From positions 107,880,001-107,944,000 of the forward strand of contig OX597821.1 in assembly GCA_951406725.2 (NCBI GenBank): a stretch of DNA of 64,000 nt, in the 5' to 3' direction. The notes beneath the pieces are model-generated. The model worked only from the letters and a program-made list of their open reading frames with translations. It was not told the origin of the DNA and made no database searches. The DNA comes from Octopus vulgaris (lineage: Eukaryota). Every line of letters begins with the position of its first letter. Position 1 is the stretch's first letter. The translations under genes and the position numbers were made by a program. Positions 13,682 to 27,873 of the stretch are shown here, piece by piece.

Positions 13682-14094
13682 CAGTATACCCGATTAAAGG
13701 AAATCTGTGAGGCAATCTTCACTATAGACTCAGCCGACAGATGGATCCGTCCCACACGTGATAGCAACTGCTTTTTTTTAATCGGATAGGTCAGCAATGC
13801 CCGGACACTGAACGGTTTCGTCGCCCTGCACACGCCTCGGACAAGCCCGTCTGACAGCACATTCATGCCTGCAGATTTTATCTCAACCTGGAAGCGCCCT
13901 TCGTTAATACTGCCGGACAAGGACATCTGGAAATTATACATGATGGTCCCTGACCGGAAAGTCCTCCGGAACAGAGTTGTCAGTTCGTTTTCGTCGATAA
14001 CCCGAGTCTCCCCAATAATGTCATCGAATTTCCCTGCCGTTAATCCTCTATGTATTGTTAAAGTGGAAATTCCACATGCACCAGGCTTGAAATT
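13627..14094 (-). other. Unassigned open frame of 155 codons in a CpG-rich non-repetitive island
   Basis: Stop-free frame NFKPGACG...GKFDDIIGETRVIDENELTTLFRRTFRSGTIMYNFQMSLSGSINEGRFQVEIKSAG...KIASQISFNRVY. The last codons run into a SINE. No family recognised. Confidence 0.3.
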
Positions 14095-14799
14095 TTAGCG
14101 ATCCACTATAAATTACTATTATTTCAATGTATTGTGTAAAGTTTGGTCTATGATTATTCACATCTAAGGCAAACAAGCATTATACTCAGAACCATAGATT
14201 CTTTTGAATGGCACATTCTGCTGACTTCACAGTTCAACGGATTGAAACAAAGAATAATCTCTCAAATGTAAATCGTTATCGATTACTTTTCAAGTGAATA
14301 CATGATTGATGAAGTTATACTTCAGAATTGAAATCTTTGCTGTATTTTCTGAGAAAGAACGCATGTTTATGTGGAAGAGTTGAAATTTGCTTCTTTTTCT
14401 TAGGATTGGGTTACGATGACAAATAATATGAAGTTTTTCTGTAAGACAGAAGTTGCAGTATTAGGGCTATAGGCTTATTTCTAAATATTGAAACTTTATC
14501 TTATATTGGTTACGTTGTTATGTTGTTGGTGGTCTCTCTGAAGGTATAGAATGTTTTCAGGGTAAAAGAATTAAGCTGGTTTATAATAAACAAAATAAGA
14601 AACGAAAAAGAAAAAAGAACGATTTTATTCTCTGCAGAAATTTATTTAAGCACCTAAAATAAGAATAGAATTAAACATGGATTCGGATTCTGAAGAAGGA
14701 AATTTTATTTTTTAGGAAGTTAAAACAAAAAATTGGAATTTTGATAATTTGAAACAAAGCATTCAGAACTAAAAAAAAAAAATAGTAATAATAAAATAA

Positions 14800-15150
14800 A
14801 TTTTTAAAATACGTGGAAGTAAGGAAGAGAAAGTTACTGCAATTTCTTGCATTAAAATATTGTCTTTTAGCTGACTCTTTTTGTATCTAGGCAAGAAATT
14901 TTCTTTTATGAGAATCTTATGAGGAAAAAGAATTGCAAGTTTGATAAACTACAACAGAGTTGAAATAAAAATTACGTGAAAATAAAGAAAAGACATAACC
15001 GTTGCTGCAAGTCCTTCCATTAAAGTATTGTCTTCTGGCTGAGTTTTTTAGTATCTAAATAAGGAATTTGCTTTGATGGAGACCTCAGGAAGAAATTTTG
15101 AACTTTGATAAACTAAAATAGAATTAAAATAAAAATTGCGCGAATGTAAT
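14800..15150. repeat. Diverged AT-rich tandem repeat, about 170-bp unit
   Basis: GTT(A/G)CTGCAA...CATTAAA.TATTGTCTT...GCTGA...GTATCTA...TTTGATAAACTA...AAATAAAAATT occurs twice. Confidence 0.75.
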
Positions 15151-15641
15151 GAAGAACGTAAAAAAGGAATTAAATAAATTTTATTTAATTTTACATCATT
15201 TTCATAAAATGGAACAGTTGCTTGGAACTTTCAAGAAACAAAAGGAAGAAAGGCAACTAAAAAGATATATAAATAAATAGTGAAAGTCGACAAAGACAGA
15301 GCTTACAAAAAAAAAAAAACATTTCCACGAAACATACCCTAAACACATTACCAAACGCTTTAGATTACAATGATAGAAATAAATGGTATAAATATTGAAA
15401 TTAAATTTCTATCATTAATTTGATTAATTAATGAATTTATCTTTTCTGATCAACTATTTTTCTGTTTTCTTTTTTTTTTTATTTTGTAATGATGACAAAA
15501 TATGCCAACACGTTTTCATGGAAAATAAATGTTAATTCTACAATTAACGGATTTTTACGGATGTTTCCTTTTTTTCTTTTTTAACTTTTATCGCCTTGGC
15601 ACTTCTCGTTTTTCTCTCCATCATAGAAACGTCACCTATCA

Positions 15642-15723
<82 letters not shown>

Positions 15724-15874
15724 CGTATGTATGATTGTATATGTGTCTCTCATGACTCTTTTATAAGTGAGTAAAGGTGGCGCTTTCAGCGCATCAAATC
15801 GAATTACATAGAAAGAAAACCAGTGCTAACATCATATCCGAAAGGCTTTTCCGAAAAAAAAAAAGAATTCACAA

Positions 15875-15885
15875 TGCTGCTGCTG

Positions 15886-15963
<78 letters not shown>

Positions 15964-15987
15964 TTACAAATAATAATAATAATAATG

Positions 15988-16027
<40 letters not shown>

Positions 16028-16042
16028 GAAGAAGAAGAAGAA

Positions 16043-16135
<93 letters not shown>

Positions 16136-16431
16136 CAACAACAACAGCCATGATGAATGTTCAAAATTAGAAAATAATATGAATAACTAAATAAATAAAT
16201 AAACTAAAAAAACAACAGTATTTGCTGGCAAAAACAAAAGTAAAAACAAAAATTGTCCTCTGAAAGATCTGATGATTATTTTTTTTTACTGGAGTTCTTA
16301 TCATCGTTGTCATCATCATCATCAAGATCTTTCTCATCATTAATACCATCATCATCATTATTCTTGTCTTCTGCTTTTTCCTCTTCCTCTTCTTCTTCTT
16401 CTTCTTCTTCTTCTTCTTCTTCTTCTTCTTC

Positions 16432-16526
<95 letters not shown>

Positions 16527-16546
16527 TATTATTGTTATTATTATTA

Positions 16547-16581
<35 letters not shown>

Positions 16582-16588
16582 GTTATTA

Positions 16589-16619
<31 letters not shown>

Positions 16620-16620
16620 C
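15875..16620. repeat. Compound trinucleotide arrays (GCT)(ACT)(AAT)(AAG), then (TCT)(TAT)
   Basis: Directly visible. Confidence 0.95.
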
Positions 16621-16789
16621 AGAAGTTTTGTTGGAACACATGGAGTCTTATTATTACTGCTATTCTGGCAGGTATTTTACTCTTCTAATTTTACAATATA
16701 AAATTTCGCTTTTTCAAGAATTATCAATAAAGAAGTTCGTCACTATTTGATGCCTATTTTAGCTTTGCTTTTAGCACGATTTCTCAAAC

Positions 16790-16841
<52 letters not shown>

Positions 16842-16870
16842 TACATATATACATATATACATATATATAC

Positions 16871-16946
<76 letters not shown>

Positions 16947-17152
16947 CATATATGTACATATATATATATTTCCATATATATTAGTATATATATATAAATA
17001 TGTATGTATATATATATGTATATATGTATATATATATACATAGTAAATCCCCCCCCCAAAAAAAAAACGAAGAATAAGCACAAAAGAACAACAATGCGAA
17101 GACGTCGTACATGTAAAGTATTAGCAGACGCTCGGGGAAGAGAAAAAAGCTG

Positions 17153-17187
17153 GTTTAAGGTTTCGTGCAGAGCTCTTCTTCAGAAAC
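17153..17187 (-). ncRNA. Degenerate minimal hammerhead, family B
   Basis: GTTT-CTGAAGA-A-GAGC(TCT)GCAC-GAAAC-CTT-AAAC, with mismatches in stems II and III. Confidence 0.5.
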
Positions 17188-17190
17188 AGA

Positions 17191-17232
<42 letters not shown>

Positions 17233-17520
17233 CTTCTGAGTGAGTTAGAGGTTGGGAAACCAACCAACTAAGGGATAGTGCCTATCCAATATAATACTGC
17301 TGGTAGTGTACCCAATTATTCATACCCAAGTGCTAGTTATTATGTAATATTTGTACATGTCTATGTAATACATAGTTAATACATGTGTAATATACACATC
17401 TAACGCATTCTAATTCATTGGAATAAATAGACATACTAGAATGTCTACCGGCTGATGTATGTCATTTTTGTATCCTCTCCATTTTCTTATTTGCCGTATG
17501 TGTGTGTGTGTGTGTGTGTA

Positions 17521-17596
<76 letters not shown>

Positions 17597-18829
17597 CCTT
17601 CCTCTTTTTCTTAAATTTACATTTCCATCGGTGTTAATTGTTTGATCGAATTATTATTAATCTCTAGTTTACTGACTACAACGTTTTTTTTTTCTTTTTC
17701 GGTTTCTTAAGGGACCCTAAAATAACAGCCAGCCAGCCAGAATACACACCCTTATGTTACATCAGCTATGCTACCTTACTTCTCTCTTTCTGGTTTTCTG
17801 TCCCTTATTCTTATCACCCTCTCTCTCTCTCTTTCTCTCCCTAGCTTCTATCTCTCTCTTTCAACTCTCTCTCTCTTTCTCTCGATCCTTCTATGTTATG
17901 TGCATATGAATGTATAAACACATACATGCACTCACAAAGATTGATTGAAAAATAAATATATATATACAAAAGTATATATACATAGGTATATGTATGTATA
18001 TATATACACACATATGTGTATATTTATACACGTATATGTATGTATATATATCGATATATATATATACGCGTGCATACATATGTATATATATATATACTTA
18101 TATGTATGTATATATAATTATATATATATTTGTATGTCTATATATGTAATAAATGTATATCCGTATATCTGTGCGGATGCAAAGGCGTGTGTGAGTGCGT
18201 GTGTATGTCTGTTTATCCATGTATGTGCGCGTCTCTCTGTGTTACGTGTATGTTAACACTTAAGCACATGCGCCAAAGCATGTCTGCAGATAAATCTGAT
18301 AAGAAAATGAAAAGCTTTCGTTAAGAGATCTTGTCTTGACATTGCTTTATATTAATTTAACACTCTTTTAAACACCTCACGATACGTAACGTTCAATCAA
18401 CTCATAACAGAATCCTTTCTAGAGGGCGCTGCATTCGCGGAATCGGTAGAGCTACGGAATATATCAGCATCTGCTTATTCCGATATTAGGTAAATTCATT
18501 CGTTGTTTTTGTTTTTATTTGTTCTCCAATTATTTTAATCTTTTCCAGTGTTATTTAAATTAAAGCAAAAAGTAATTTTATCGTAGTGTATTATGGATTT
18601 TGTAGTTCTTTTCTCCTTATGCAACTTCTGTTTATCGTTCTTGAAATTTGAATAAATTCTTACCTCTTTTCAGTCATGTGACGAAGGAGTGCCAAATTTT
18701 TATGTACTTTGGTTTTACGTCGTTCAAAACACCCCGAGTTCGTTTTCTCTGTTCACCTTGAAGGGATCGATGAAGAAAGTACCACTCAAAATTGTGAGAT
18801 AAATTTAACTGATTTCTCTTAACAGTATG

Positions 18830-19160
18830 AGGGTGCATGGCTTAGTGGTTAGAGTATCGATCTTACGACCGTGAGTTTGTGAGCTCGAATCCCGGACTGG
18901 GCTGCGTGTTGTGTTCTTGAGCATGACACTTTATTTCATGTTGCTCCTGTTCATTCAGATGTAGAAATGAGTTGCGGCGTCACGGGTGCCAAACTGTATC
19001 GGCCTTTGCCTTTCCCTTGGATAACACTGGTGGCGTGGAGATGAGAAGCTGGTATGCATGGGCGACTGCTAGTTTTCCATAAACAACCATGCCCGGAATT
19101 ATGCCTAGGAGGGTAACTTTCTAGGTGCAATCCCATGGTCATTCATGACCGAAAGGGGTC
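18830..19160 (+). mobile_element. tRNA-derived SINE with S3-type head and a different tail
   Basis: A box TGGCTTAGTGG, B box GAGCTCGAATCC, and shared central GTTGTGTTCTTGAGCA.GACACTTTATTTCA. Confidence 0.8.
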
Positions 19161-19188
19161 TCCGACTCTTAGCAGTAAAATATAAGAC

Positions 19189-19865
19189 ATTAGCAGCTAA
19201 GTCGGCTTTCACCCGGTCGGTTTGGATGATGTGGCTGTAAAACCTGCTCTGTGTAAGCATTCGACATGTTTGGGCACGCTTACGTTTAAAAACAATTTTA
19301 GAATGACATTTTTTCTGTCAAGGCGCTAAAAATAACTGACCAACAAAAAACAAAAACCAACCAAGATTCAACCAAGTCAAAAAATAACCCCAAATACTAA
19401 GTGATCAAAGATAAACCATCCCACTTCCATTGCGCTCACTCATACACACACAAGCACACACGCACACGCACAAACACACACGCACACAACCAGAGTCACA
19501 TACCTCCCTTTCACATACACACATATATGACACAGAGTAGAAACGCTGTTTGATTTATTTTTTCAGCGTACAATTTTCATCATCCCACTACCAAGTATGG
19601 CATCACCCCTTCCTTATTCATCTATCACCACTTTCTTTCTCATTCATACACACAAGAGTATTATTATAGTAGATTATCTCGGTAACCATGGCAACTATGA
19701 AAAAATACAAATCCCAGCAACACCACCAGATCATTCTACACATCTGTGTAATTTTTCGCGCAATTCCACCCAGCCGTTTGACGGTGAATCCCAAACAAGA
19801 AAGAATCGCCCATGTCAAATTTATATTTACAGGTTCTATGTTAAAATTTTGGCCTATCTTTGCTA
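19189..19865 (-). mobile_element. Non-autonomous Helitron-like element
   Basis: 19530-19850 is an inverted homolog of 32437-32745. The minus-strand end reads CCGGGTGAAAGCCGACTTAGCTGCTAAT, a degenerate hairpin plus CTAG-like terminus. Confidence 0.55.
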
Positions 19866-20234
19866 TAGGGTTTACACAACTCGAAGCCGAATCTGTTCAG
19901 TAGTGTAGCGGTGGTTCGAAACCTAGCCGCTAGACACTCAGTCAGATATCATGAGTGAACAACCATAATATCACGTGATCGGTTTATAAATCGACCAGTC
20001 AGCGTGAGGCTGTGACGCTGTGGCGTGATATGGTTTTTTCGATTGTTCTAGAATAAAATCTCTTGTCCTTAAAAAAACTGTTTGGCGCGTAGCCTAGAAT
20101 GCAGACGACCGACAGACCTCTATGACAATGAAAATTTGCGCAGACAACTACGTATATTTTTGGTCAGATCGTATATTGTCACACAGACAGTGTTCTATAA
20201 TTTTAGATGTGAGAGTCTTTCTTTCTCTCAGTCG

Positions 20235-21157
20235 GCAAAAACAAGCAGGGACATTTAAGACAAACTTATGAAAATGCTTGGGACAGGAAAAGGGTTAAAG
20301 TAAACCCAGAACAACCAGATAGCCACAGACATACATTTGCAGATGACATCACAGTCATATCTTTTCAATCATGGATCCACAACAACAGATTCAACCCTTT
20401 GCTAGACTTGTACATCACATCTAATGCACTAAAGACGGCGAGCTGGCAGAAACGTTAGCACGCCTAGCGAAATGCTTAGCAGTATTTCGTCTGCCGTTAC
20501 GTTCTGAGTCCAAATTCCGCCGAGGTCGACTTTGCCTTTCATCCTTTCGGGGTCGATTAAATAAGTACCAGTTACGCACTGGAGTCGATATAATCGACTT
20601 AATCCATTTGTCTGTCCTTGTTTGTCCCTTCTGTGTTTAGCCCCTTGTGGGCAGTAAAGAAATAGGTATATCCCCCTGGCAGCCATATAAGAGATACATA
20701 TACGATGCATCATACAGGATACATATCTCCAAATTTTTTCAACCACCAGAGTGTAACTTGGGACTCATGAATGAATGTTTTATATTATTCAGTACGAATG
20801 AAACAAGGGTTAATTAAAATGCTGAAAACAAACATACACATACAGGACAAACTTTTGAAAAGGATTCTAACAGGGTAAGGGTTAAACGGGTAGTGATTTA
20901 TATATCAAGACACACAACCATGTTGAATAGCAAAGCATATCGCAGATGATACACAGGATATATTTTCCTCGCATCCTTCCATCACATACAATATACATCC
21001 CAATTTCATTTCAGCCATTTGAATAACTTGGGAGTTATTAAAGGGAAGCTTTACATTATTCAGAACCTATGTAACAATGGGCAAACTGAAAGGCTGAAAA
21101 CAGGGATTGACGTTTAGGACAAGCTTATGGAAATGCTTTGGACAGGCAAAGGGTTAA
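20235..21157. repeat. Diverged tandem units each ending AGGGTTAA or GGGGTTAA (piggyBac-like terminus), one interrupted by a SINE
   Basis: GACAA(A/G)CTT.TG.AAA.G...ACAGG.AA.GGGTTAA ends near 20298, 20885 and 21157. Confidence 0.55.
20434..20668 (+). mobile_element. SINE family S2, full length
   Basis: GACGGCGAGCTGGCAGAAACGTTAGCACG...GAGTCCAAATTCC (B box)...GTAAAGAAATAGG. Confidence 0.85.
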
Positions 21158-21643
21158 GTATCTGGGAACACATGATTCATATAAGGTCCAAATAAGCCGT
21201 AATACAAAACGTTTTATAACACTTTGAACACCTCTCAAATGAAGTATTTCTGCTCCCTTTTAATGACTCGCTTGTCTTGCATTTTGAGAACGTTGAAACG
21301 AAAACACGTTGCCAAGTGATTAGGATATTGTACATACAATTGTAATATCATGGTTTCGATTCCTGGACAAGGCACAGAGACAGAAAGTGAATGAGAGAGA
21401 GAGTGAGAGAGAGAAAGAGACAGAGAGAGAAATGGAGAGATTGAGTGAACAATGGAGAGGTAGAGTGGGAAAGATTAATAGAGATGGAGCCAGGGTGAGA
21501 GAGAAAACGATAGATATAGTGTGAGTGAGTGAGTGAGTGAGAGGGAGATAAAGTGAGGGAGAAAATCGAGAGATAGAAAAAATGGACAGATAGATGGATA
21601 GATAGATAGACAGGCAGACAGACAGGCAGACAGACAGATAGAC

Positions 21644-21720
<77 letters not shown>

Positions 21721-22062
21721 TGGAGAGAGGGTGAGATAAATATACAGGGAGTGAGTGCGTGAGTAAATGCATGAGTGAGTGAGGAGGAGGCGCAGAGAGA
21801 TGAGGGAGGAACCTAGGTGATGTGACCCACTGGACTTAGTGCAGCTATAATTATCTTTGATGGTAGAAAAATTCAATAAAGACCGAAACGGTACTAAATA
21901 GCAAAAACAACAACAACAACGCCAAGAAAACATTAGCAGCAGCGAAAACAATGACAACAACAACAGCTGAAGACGGAGCAGTAGATTCGAAATGTAATTT
22001 GGCCATGATCGACTTGGACTAAAAGTTTATTGTATGTTTCTCGCTGTTCGTGATTATCTGAT

Positions 22063-22135
22063 CGGAAGTAGTCGAAGTCCCGGAAGTGGTGGAAGTGACG
22101 TATGGGTTACACACGCACGCATCCCACGTGACTCA
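22063..22135. promoter_or_regulatory. Candidate enhancer or promoter: ETS site array, ETS-CRE composite, overlapping E-box and AP-1
   Basis: CGGAAGT 22063, CCGGAAGT 22080, GGAAGTGACGT 22091, CACGTG 22125, TGACTCA 22129. Confidence 0.55.
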
Positions 22136-22199
22136 GATCACTTTTTTGTGCTTTAATTATCAGGCATTGTCTTTCAGTGTGAACGGAGACACACAGTAA

Positions 22200-22264
<65 letters not shown>

Positions 22265-22294
22265 TTGTGTGTATGCGTGTATATATAGGTTTAT

Positions 22295-22337
<43 letters not shown>

Positions 22338-22421
22338 CATACATATATGGATATAAATAATAAGCATATATTTATATATACTATTATGTACATATATATA
22401 TGTATAATACTTATATATGTT

Positions 22422-22490
<69 letters not shown>

Positions 22491-22527
22491 AAAGTGGGGT
22501 ATATATATATATACATGTACACAGACG

Positions 22528-22572
<45 letters not shown>

Positions 22573-22972
22573 AATTCCACCATCAACTGCCTCGTATGAA
22601 TTTGCGAATGATCGAAATTACAGGTTAGATGAGAGAAAGACCGAAATGCATATGTAGTAGTAGTAGTAGGAGGAGGAGGAGGAGGAGGGGGTGGAGCAGG
22701 AACAGCAGCAGCGGCGACGATAGTGATAATGGCGGTGATGAAAACAACGACGGTGAAAATGACGATGATGATGATGATGAGAGTGATGATGGTGGTGTTC
22801 GCGGCGGAGGCGGTGATCGTGTTGACTATGATGATGATGACAGTGGTGGTGGTGGTGGTGGTGGTGGTGGTGGTGGTGATGAATATTTACAATCAGCTGC
22901 AAATTACAAGAGGCGAACTTTTAGACACGTGCATGTACGGACGTAGGCATCAATTCGCTCGCGCAGTCTCAC

Positions 22973-23005
<33 letters not shown>

Positions 23006-23130
23006 TGCACATACACACACACATATGCACATACACACACACATATGCACACACGATATTCTCCAATAACACCGATTTCAGAACACAACACACACCCACA
23101 AATACACATCAACACACACACATCCACACA

Positions 23131-23187
<57 letters not shown>

Positions 23188-23442
23188 ACACTTGCATAAC
23201 ATACACATCCACCTAATCTGTAATTTAAACCCCTAACCGGAAGATTCTAACATACGCAAATAGACACATATATGACCACATTTACACACACGTACATGCA
23301 TACATACATATAATGGTGGTGCCCCAACATGGCCGCAGCTTCCGAACTGAAACTAGTTGTAGAGCTAGGGAGTCATACATATATAGACACATAAATGCAT
23401 AATACATACATGCATACGCATAGGTAAATGTGCATACATACA

Positions 23443-23476
<34 letters not shown>

Positions 23477-23546
23477 CATACATACATATATACATACATA
23501 CATACACACATACATACCTATATACATACATACATACATACATACA

Positions 23547-23580
<34 letters not shown>

Positions 23581-23606
23581 CATACATACATACATACATA
23601 CATACA

Positions 23607-23638
<32 letters not shown>

Positions 23639-23724
23639 CGTAGGTAAATATACATATATACATACATATACGCATGAAAAAATAAAAGCGACATAGACGC
23701 TCACACATACACATATATACAGAA

Positions 23725-23820
<96 letters not shown>

Positions 23821-24433
23821 GTAGGTAGATAGGTAGATAGATGGATGGATGGATGGATAGATATGCATGCATACATAAAACACTAACATAGGTGCTAAGA
23901 TACGTGCATATATACATGCATATATACATGCATATATACATACATAAACACACACATACATACATTAAAAAGGGGACAAGCAAACTTCAAACCCATAATT
24001 TGAACCCTCAGCCGGAAGATCCCAAATCCGGGACCGAATGACGGATGATTCTGAGAGTAACCGCCGGCTACATACATATATCACATGGGAAAAAAAAGGG
24101 CAATGAATTCACTCTTAGACACACCAATATAACGGGGTATGAAGCACAGGCTGGTGTAGGGATAGTCATGAGGGTAGAGTAGGCCCCACCCCATCATCGC
24201 TTACTCTCCATTTCATTTGGGTCGACACATCCTAACGACACATCCTAACGATCTCCCTCTCTCGCCCACCCCAAGTCCGACATCCGCAAATCTATTTGTT
24301 CTTATCAAAACAAAGATGGTTGCTGTCATAGTTATTTATATTTTTGTTCTTCTTTATTACGATTCTTCTTATTGTTGTTGTTGTTGTTGTTGTTCTTCTT
24401 CTTCTTCTTCTTCTTCTTCTTCTTCTTCTTCTT

Positions 24434-24464
<31 letters not shown>

Positions 24465-24519
24465 TTCTTATTCTGTACCATCCTTCATTGTTTTTTGTTT
24501 GAGCTTGTGACCAATGACG

Positions 24520-24588
<69 letters not shown>

Positions 24589-24619
24589 CATTATTATTAT
24601 TATTATTATTATTAGAAGG

Positions 24620-24838
24620 AAGCAAGCTGGCTGGCAGAATCGTTAGGACGCTGAACGAAATGCATAGTGGTATTTCGCACGTCGCTACGTTCTGAAGTTC
24701 AAATTCTGTCGAGGTCGACTTTGCCTTTGATCCTTTCGAGGTCGATAAAATAAGTACCAGTTGTATTCTGGGATCGATCTAATCGAGTGGACCCCTCCCC
24801 CAAAAGTTTCGAGCCTTGTGCCTAGAGTAGAAAAGATT
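24620..24838 (+). mobile_element. SINE S2 (a second copy lies at 25395-25612)
   Basis: Similarity to 20434-20668, with an (ATT)n tail. Confidence 0.85.
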
Positions 24839-24856
24839 ATTATTATTATTATTATT

Positions 24857-25370
24857 GAGTGAGAGAGCAGTGCATGCCATCAAAGTGACACTGGGGTAAA
24901 ATATACGAAGCTCAGTGAACCCATCATAACCACCCGTCTGATAAGGGTACACTAGGCACTTGCATCACAACCATATGTGCGCGACATGGTGATCTCATAT
25001 CAAGATAAACAGCACATGACCTTGCAGGTGGGACCCAGTTAGAATTTTCTTCTGGTTGAGTAACCCATCCTGCTCAAAAGGTCCCTGACAAGGGTTATTT
25101 AAGGATGTTGAATGAACCACCCATGTTTCCAGAGGTGAATTATTCAAACTCCAAAGAATCCCTCTCAACACATGGCTATGATGCTCCCCCACTACTTCTG
25201 CTCATGATTAGAAATGCACATATCGTCAGCCACTAAGGGACATGCTCAACTGGTTAAGGTCAAACAACTGACAAGCAAATCTGTGGTATTGAGCAGAATA
25301 TTTGCTGTAGACCATCTTTTATACCTAGACAAAACAATTGAATTATTCAAACTCCAAAGAATCCCTCTCA
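24857..25370 (-). mobile_element. Interspersed repeat ending in (AAT)n, probable non-LTR retrotransposon 3' region
   Basis: Homologous to 36703-37030. Both copies abut (ATT)n at the identical end GAGTGAG.GAG. Confidence 0.7.
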
Positions 25371-25609
25371 TATTATTTTTATTATTATTAGAATGAAGCA
25401 AACTGGCAGAATCATTAGGACGTTGATCGAAATGCATAGCGGTATTTCGACCGTCGCTACGTTCTGAGTTCAAATTCCGCCGTGGTCGGCTTTGCCTTTC
25501 ATCCTTTCGGGGGTCGATAAAATAAGTACCAGTTGTATTCTGGGATCGATCAAATCGAGTGGACCCCTCCCCTCCTGAAGATTCGAGCCTTGTGCCTAGA
25601 GTAGAAAAG

Positions 25610-25676
<67 letters not shown>

Positions 25677-26006
25677 TTATTATTACTATTAAATGGCGGC
25701 GAGCTGGCTATGTATCTATCTATCTATCTATCTATCTATAGATAGATAGATAGATAGATAAGTTTCTTTATTGGCCACACAGGGCTGCACACAGACGGGA
25801 CAAGTTACAAGGTAGAGCTTTTCTTTTGGGGGATGAAAAAAACAAAAAACAAAAGAAACAAAAAAAAGGGGGGGTGGCGTAGGTTTTCGATCAAGACGGA
25901 TCGTAAAGGGAAGAAAAGAACAAAAAAAAAGAAAGAAAGAAAATAAAAAATAAAAAATAAAAAAATAAAAAAAAGAAAAGGAAAAGGAACAAAAGAAAAG
26001 AGAAAT

Positions 26007-26083
<77 letters not shown>

Positions 26084-26272
26084 AATGCGTAGTCGTACCC
26101 AATACAAAAATGAGCGCTGAAGTTTGTTCTTTAAGCCGGTTCTTTTCTCTCCTCTCTATCATTTTCTCAATACAGTTTATAACACACACACACAAACACC
26201 CCCGTCCACACACACACACACACGCACGCACACACCCATACACATATATATATCGAAGTTACTGTCAACCTA

Positions 26273-26358
<86 letters not shown>

Positions 26359-26450
26359 TGTCTGTTTGTGTGTCTGTGTTTGCCATCCTAGCATTTGCTT
26401 GACAAACGTTACATTGTTCTTATTACAAATCAACATAAAAAGCTAAAATT

Positions 26451-26528
<78 letters not shown>

Positions 26529-26529
<1 letters not shown>

Positions 26530-26760
26530 TGTTGTATCTGGGAGAGTCATTTTCTTTTTGTGACTTATAATATAACACACACACCGGTAAAATTTCCACT
26601 TTTTCTTATTTTCATTTTCCTAAAATTTTTCGGAAATTTTACCGGTGAGTGTGTTATATTATAAGGCACAAAAGAAAATGACTCTCCCCAGACACAACAG
26701 AATATGCTTCAACACATGAACTCATATAAAGAATCTTGCAAACCAAATCCCAAAACGAAA
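26529..26760. repeat. Fold-back element with about 70-bp near-perfect arms (26529-26598 and 26632-26700), embedded in (TA)n
   Basis: CTGTTGTATCTGGGAGAGTCATTTTCTTTT...ACCGGTAAAATTTCC and its reverse complement. Confidence 0.9.
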
Positions 26761-26876
26761 TATATATATATATATATGTATGTATGTATATGCATTTCTA
26801 TCTATCTTGCCATTTACGAGGTTCATCTCATTCCTATCTACCCAGTTAGTGGAAGTTACATCATCGCTGTTTTACA

Positions 26877-26927
<51 letters not shown>

Positions 26928-27630
26928 TACATGGATGCATACGTACGTACATACATACATATGCACATAATACATACCTCTATACATACATGCATATATG
27001 CATGCTTGCATATATACATAAATGTTTGCATGCATGTATACACACATACATAAATGCATACATATAAACATACATACATACATACATACATACATACATA
27101 CATACATACGTACGTACGCACGTACGTGCGTATGTACCCATATGAGACTTCACACACGGAAATACACAAAGATATACAAAGAGATATATTTAGGTGATGC
27201 CTCGAGTCGGTCGCGTGCGATCATTGTATCACCTTCCGCCATCATTAAACTAAATAAAACATTATACGTACGAAAGCTTTCTCGCCCTGTCAAACTCGTC
27301 TCGTTTCCCATGGCCCCACCAAATACACGCGCCATTATCACCACCGCCCACAGCATCCCTGTTGCAGCCTCCGTCTTCTGTGACGCCGTCGAACGATAGC
27401 TAAGCTCCCTGTTAATCATATAGTCGTTAAAGATGTTCTATTATGTTTTAGCTTATTTGCTGTTATATGAGATTTTATTTCAAAAACATAAGGAATAATT
27501 CAGTGTGTGTATGTGTGTAAATGAGTTTCTGTTCATGAATGTGTATGTGGATGGAGAAGTAGTGTCCTTGTGTTTATATGTTCGTACATATTATGTATAT
27601 ATACCACATACTAAGCTGCATATGTGTGTT

Positions 27631-27665
<35 letters not shown>

Positions 27666-27777
27666 GTGAATACATACATACCTACATGTATATCTAGAGA
27701 GATGGAAAGATAGAATGATAGATTGAGATAGACAGATAGACAGACAGATAAATATTTAGGTAGATAGATAGACAAAT

Positions 27778-27827
<50 letters not shown>

Positions 27828-27833
27828 GTGGAT

Positions 27834-27873
<40 letters not shown>

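Noticed and set aside
27150-27419. 89-aa minus ORF in a GC-rich island
   Set aside because: No recognisable domain or convincing splice sites. More likely non-coding regulatory sequence.
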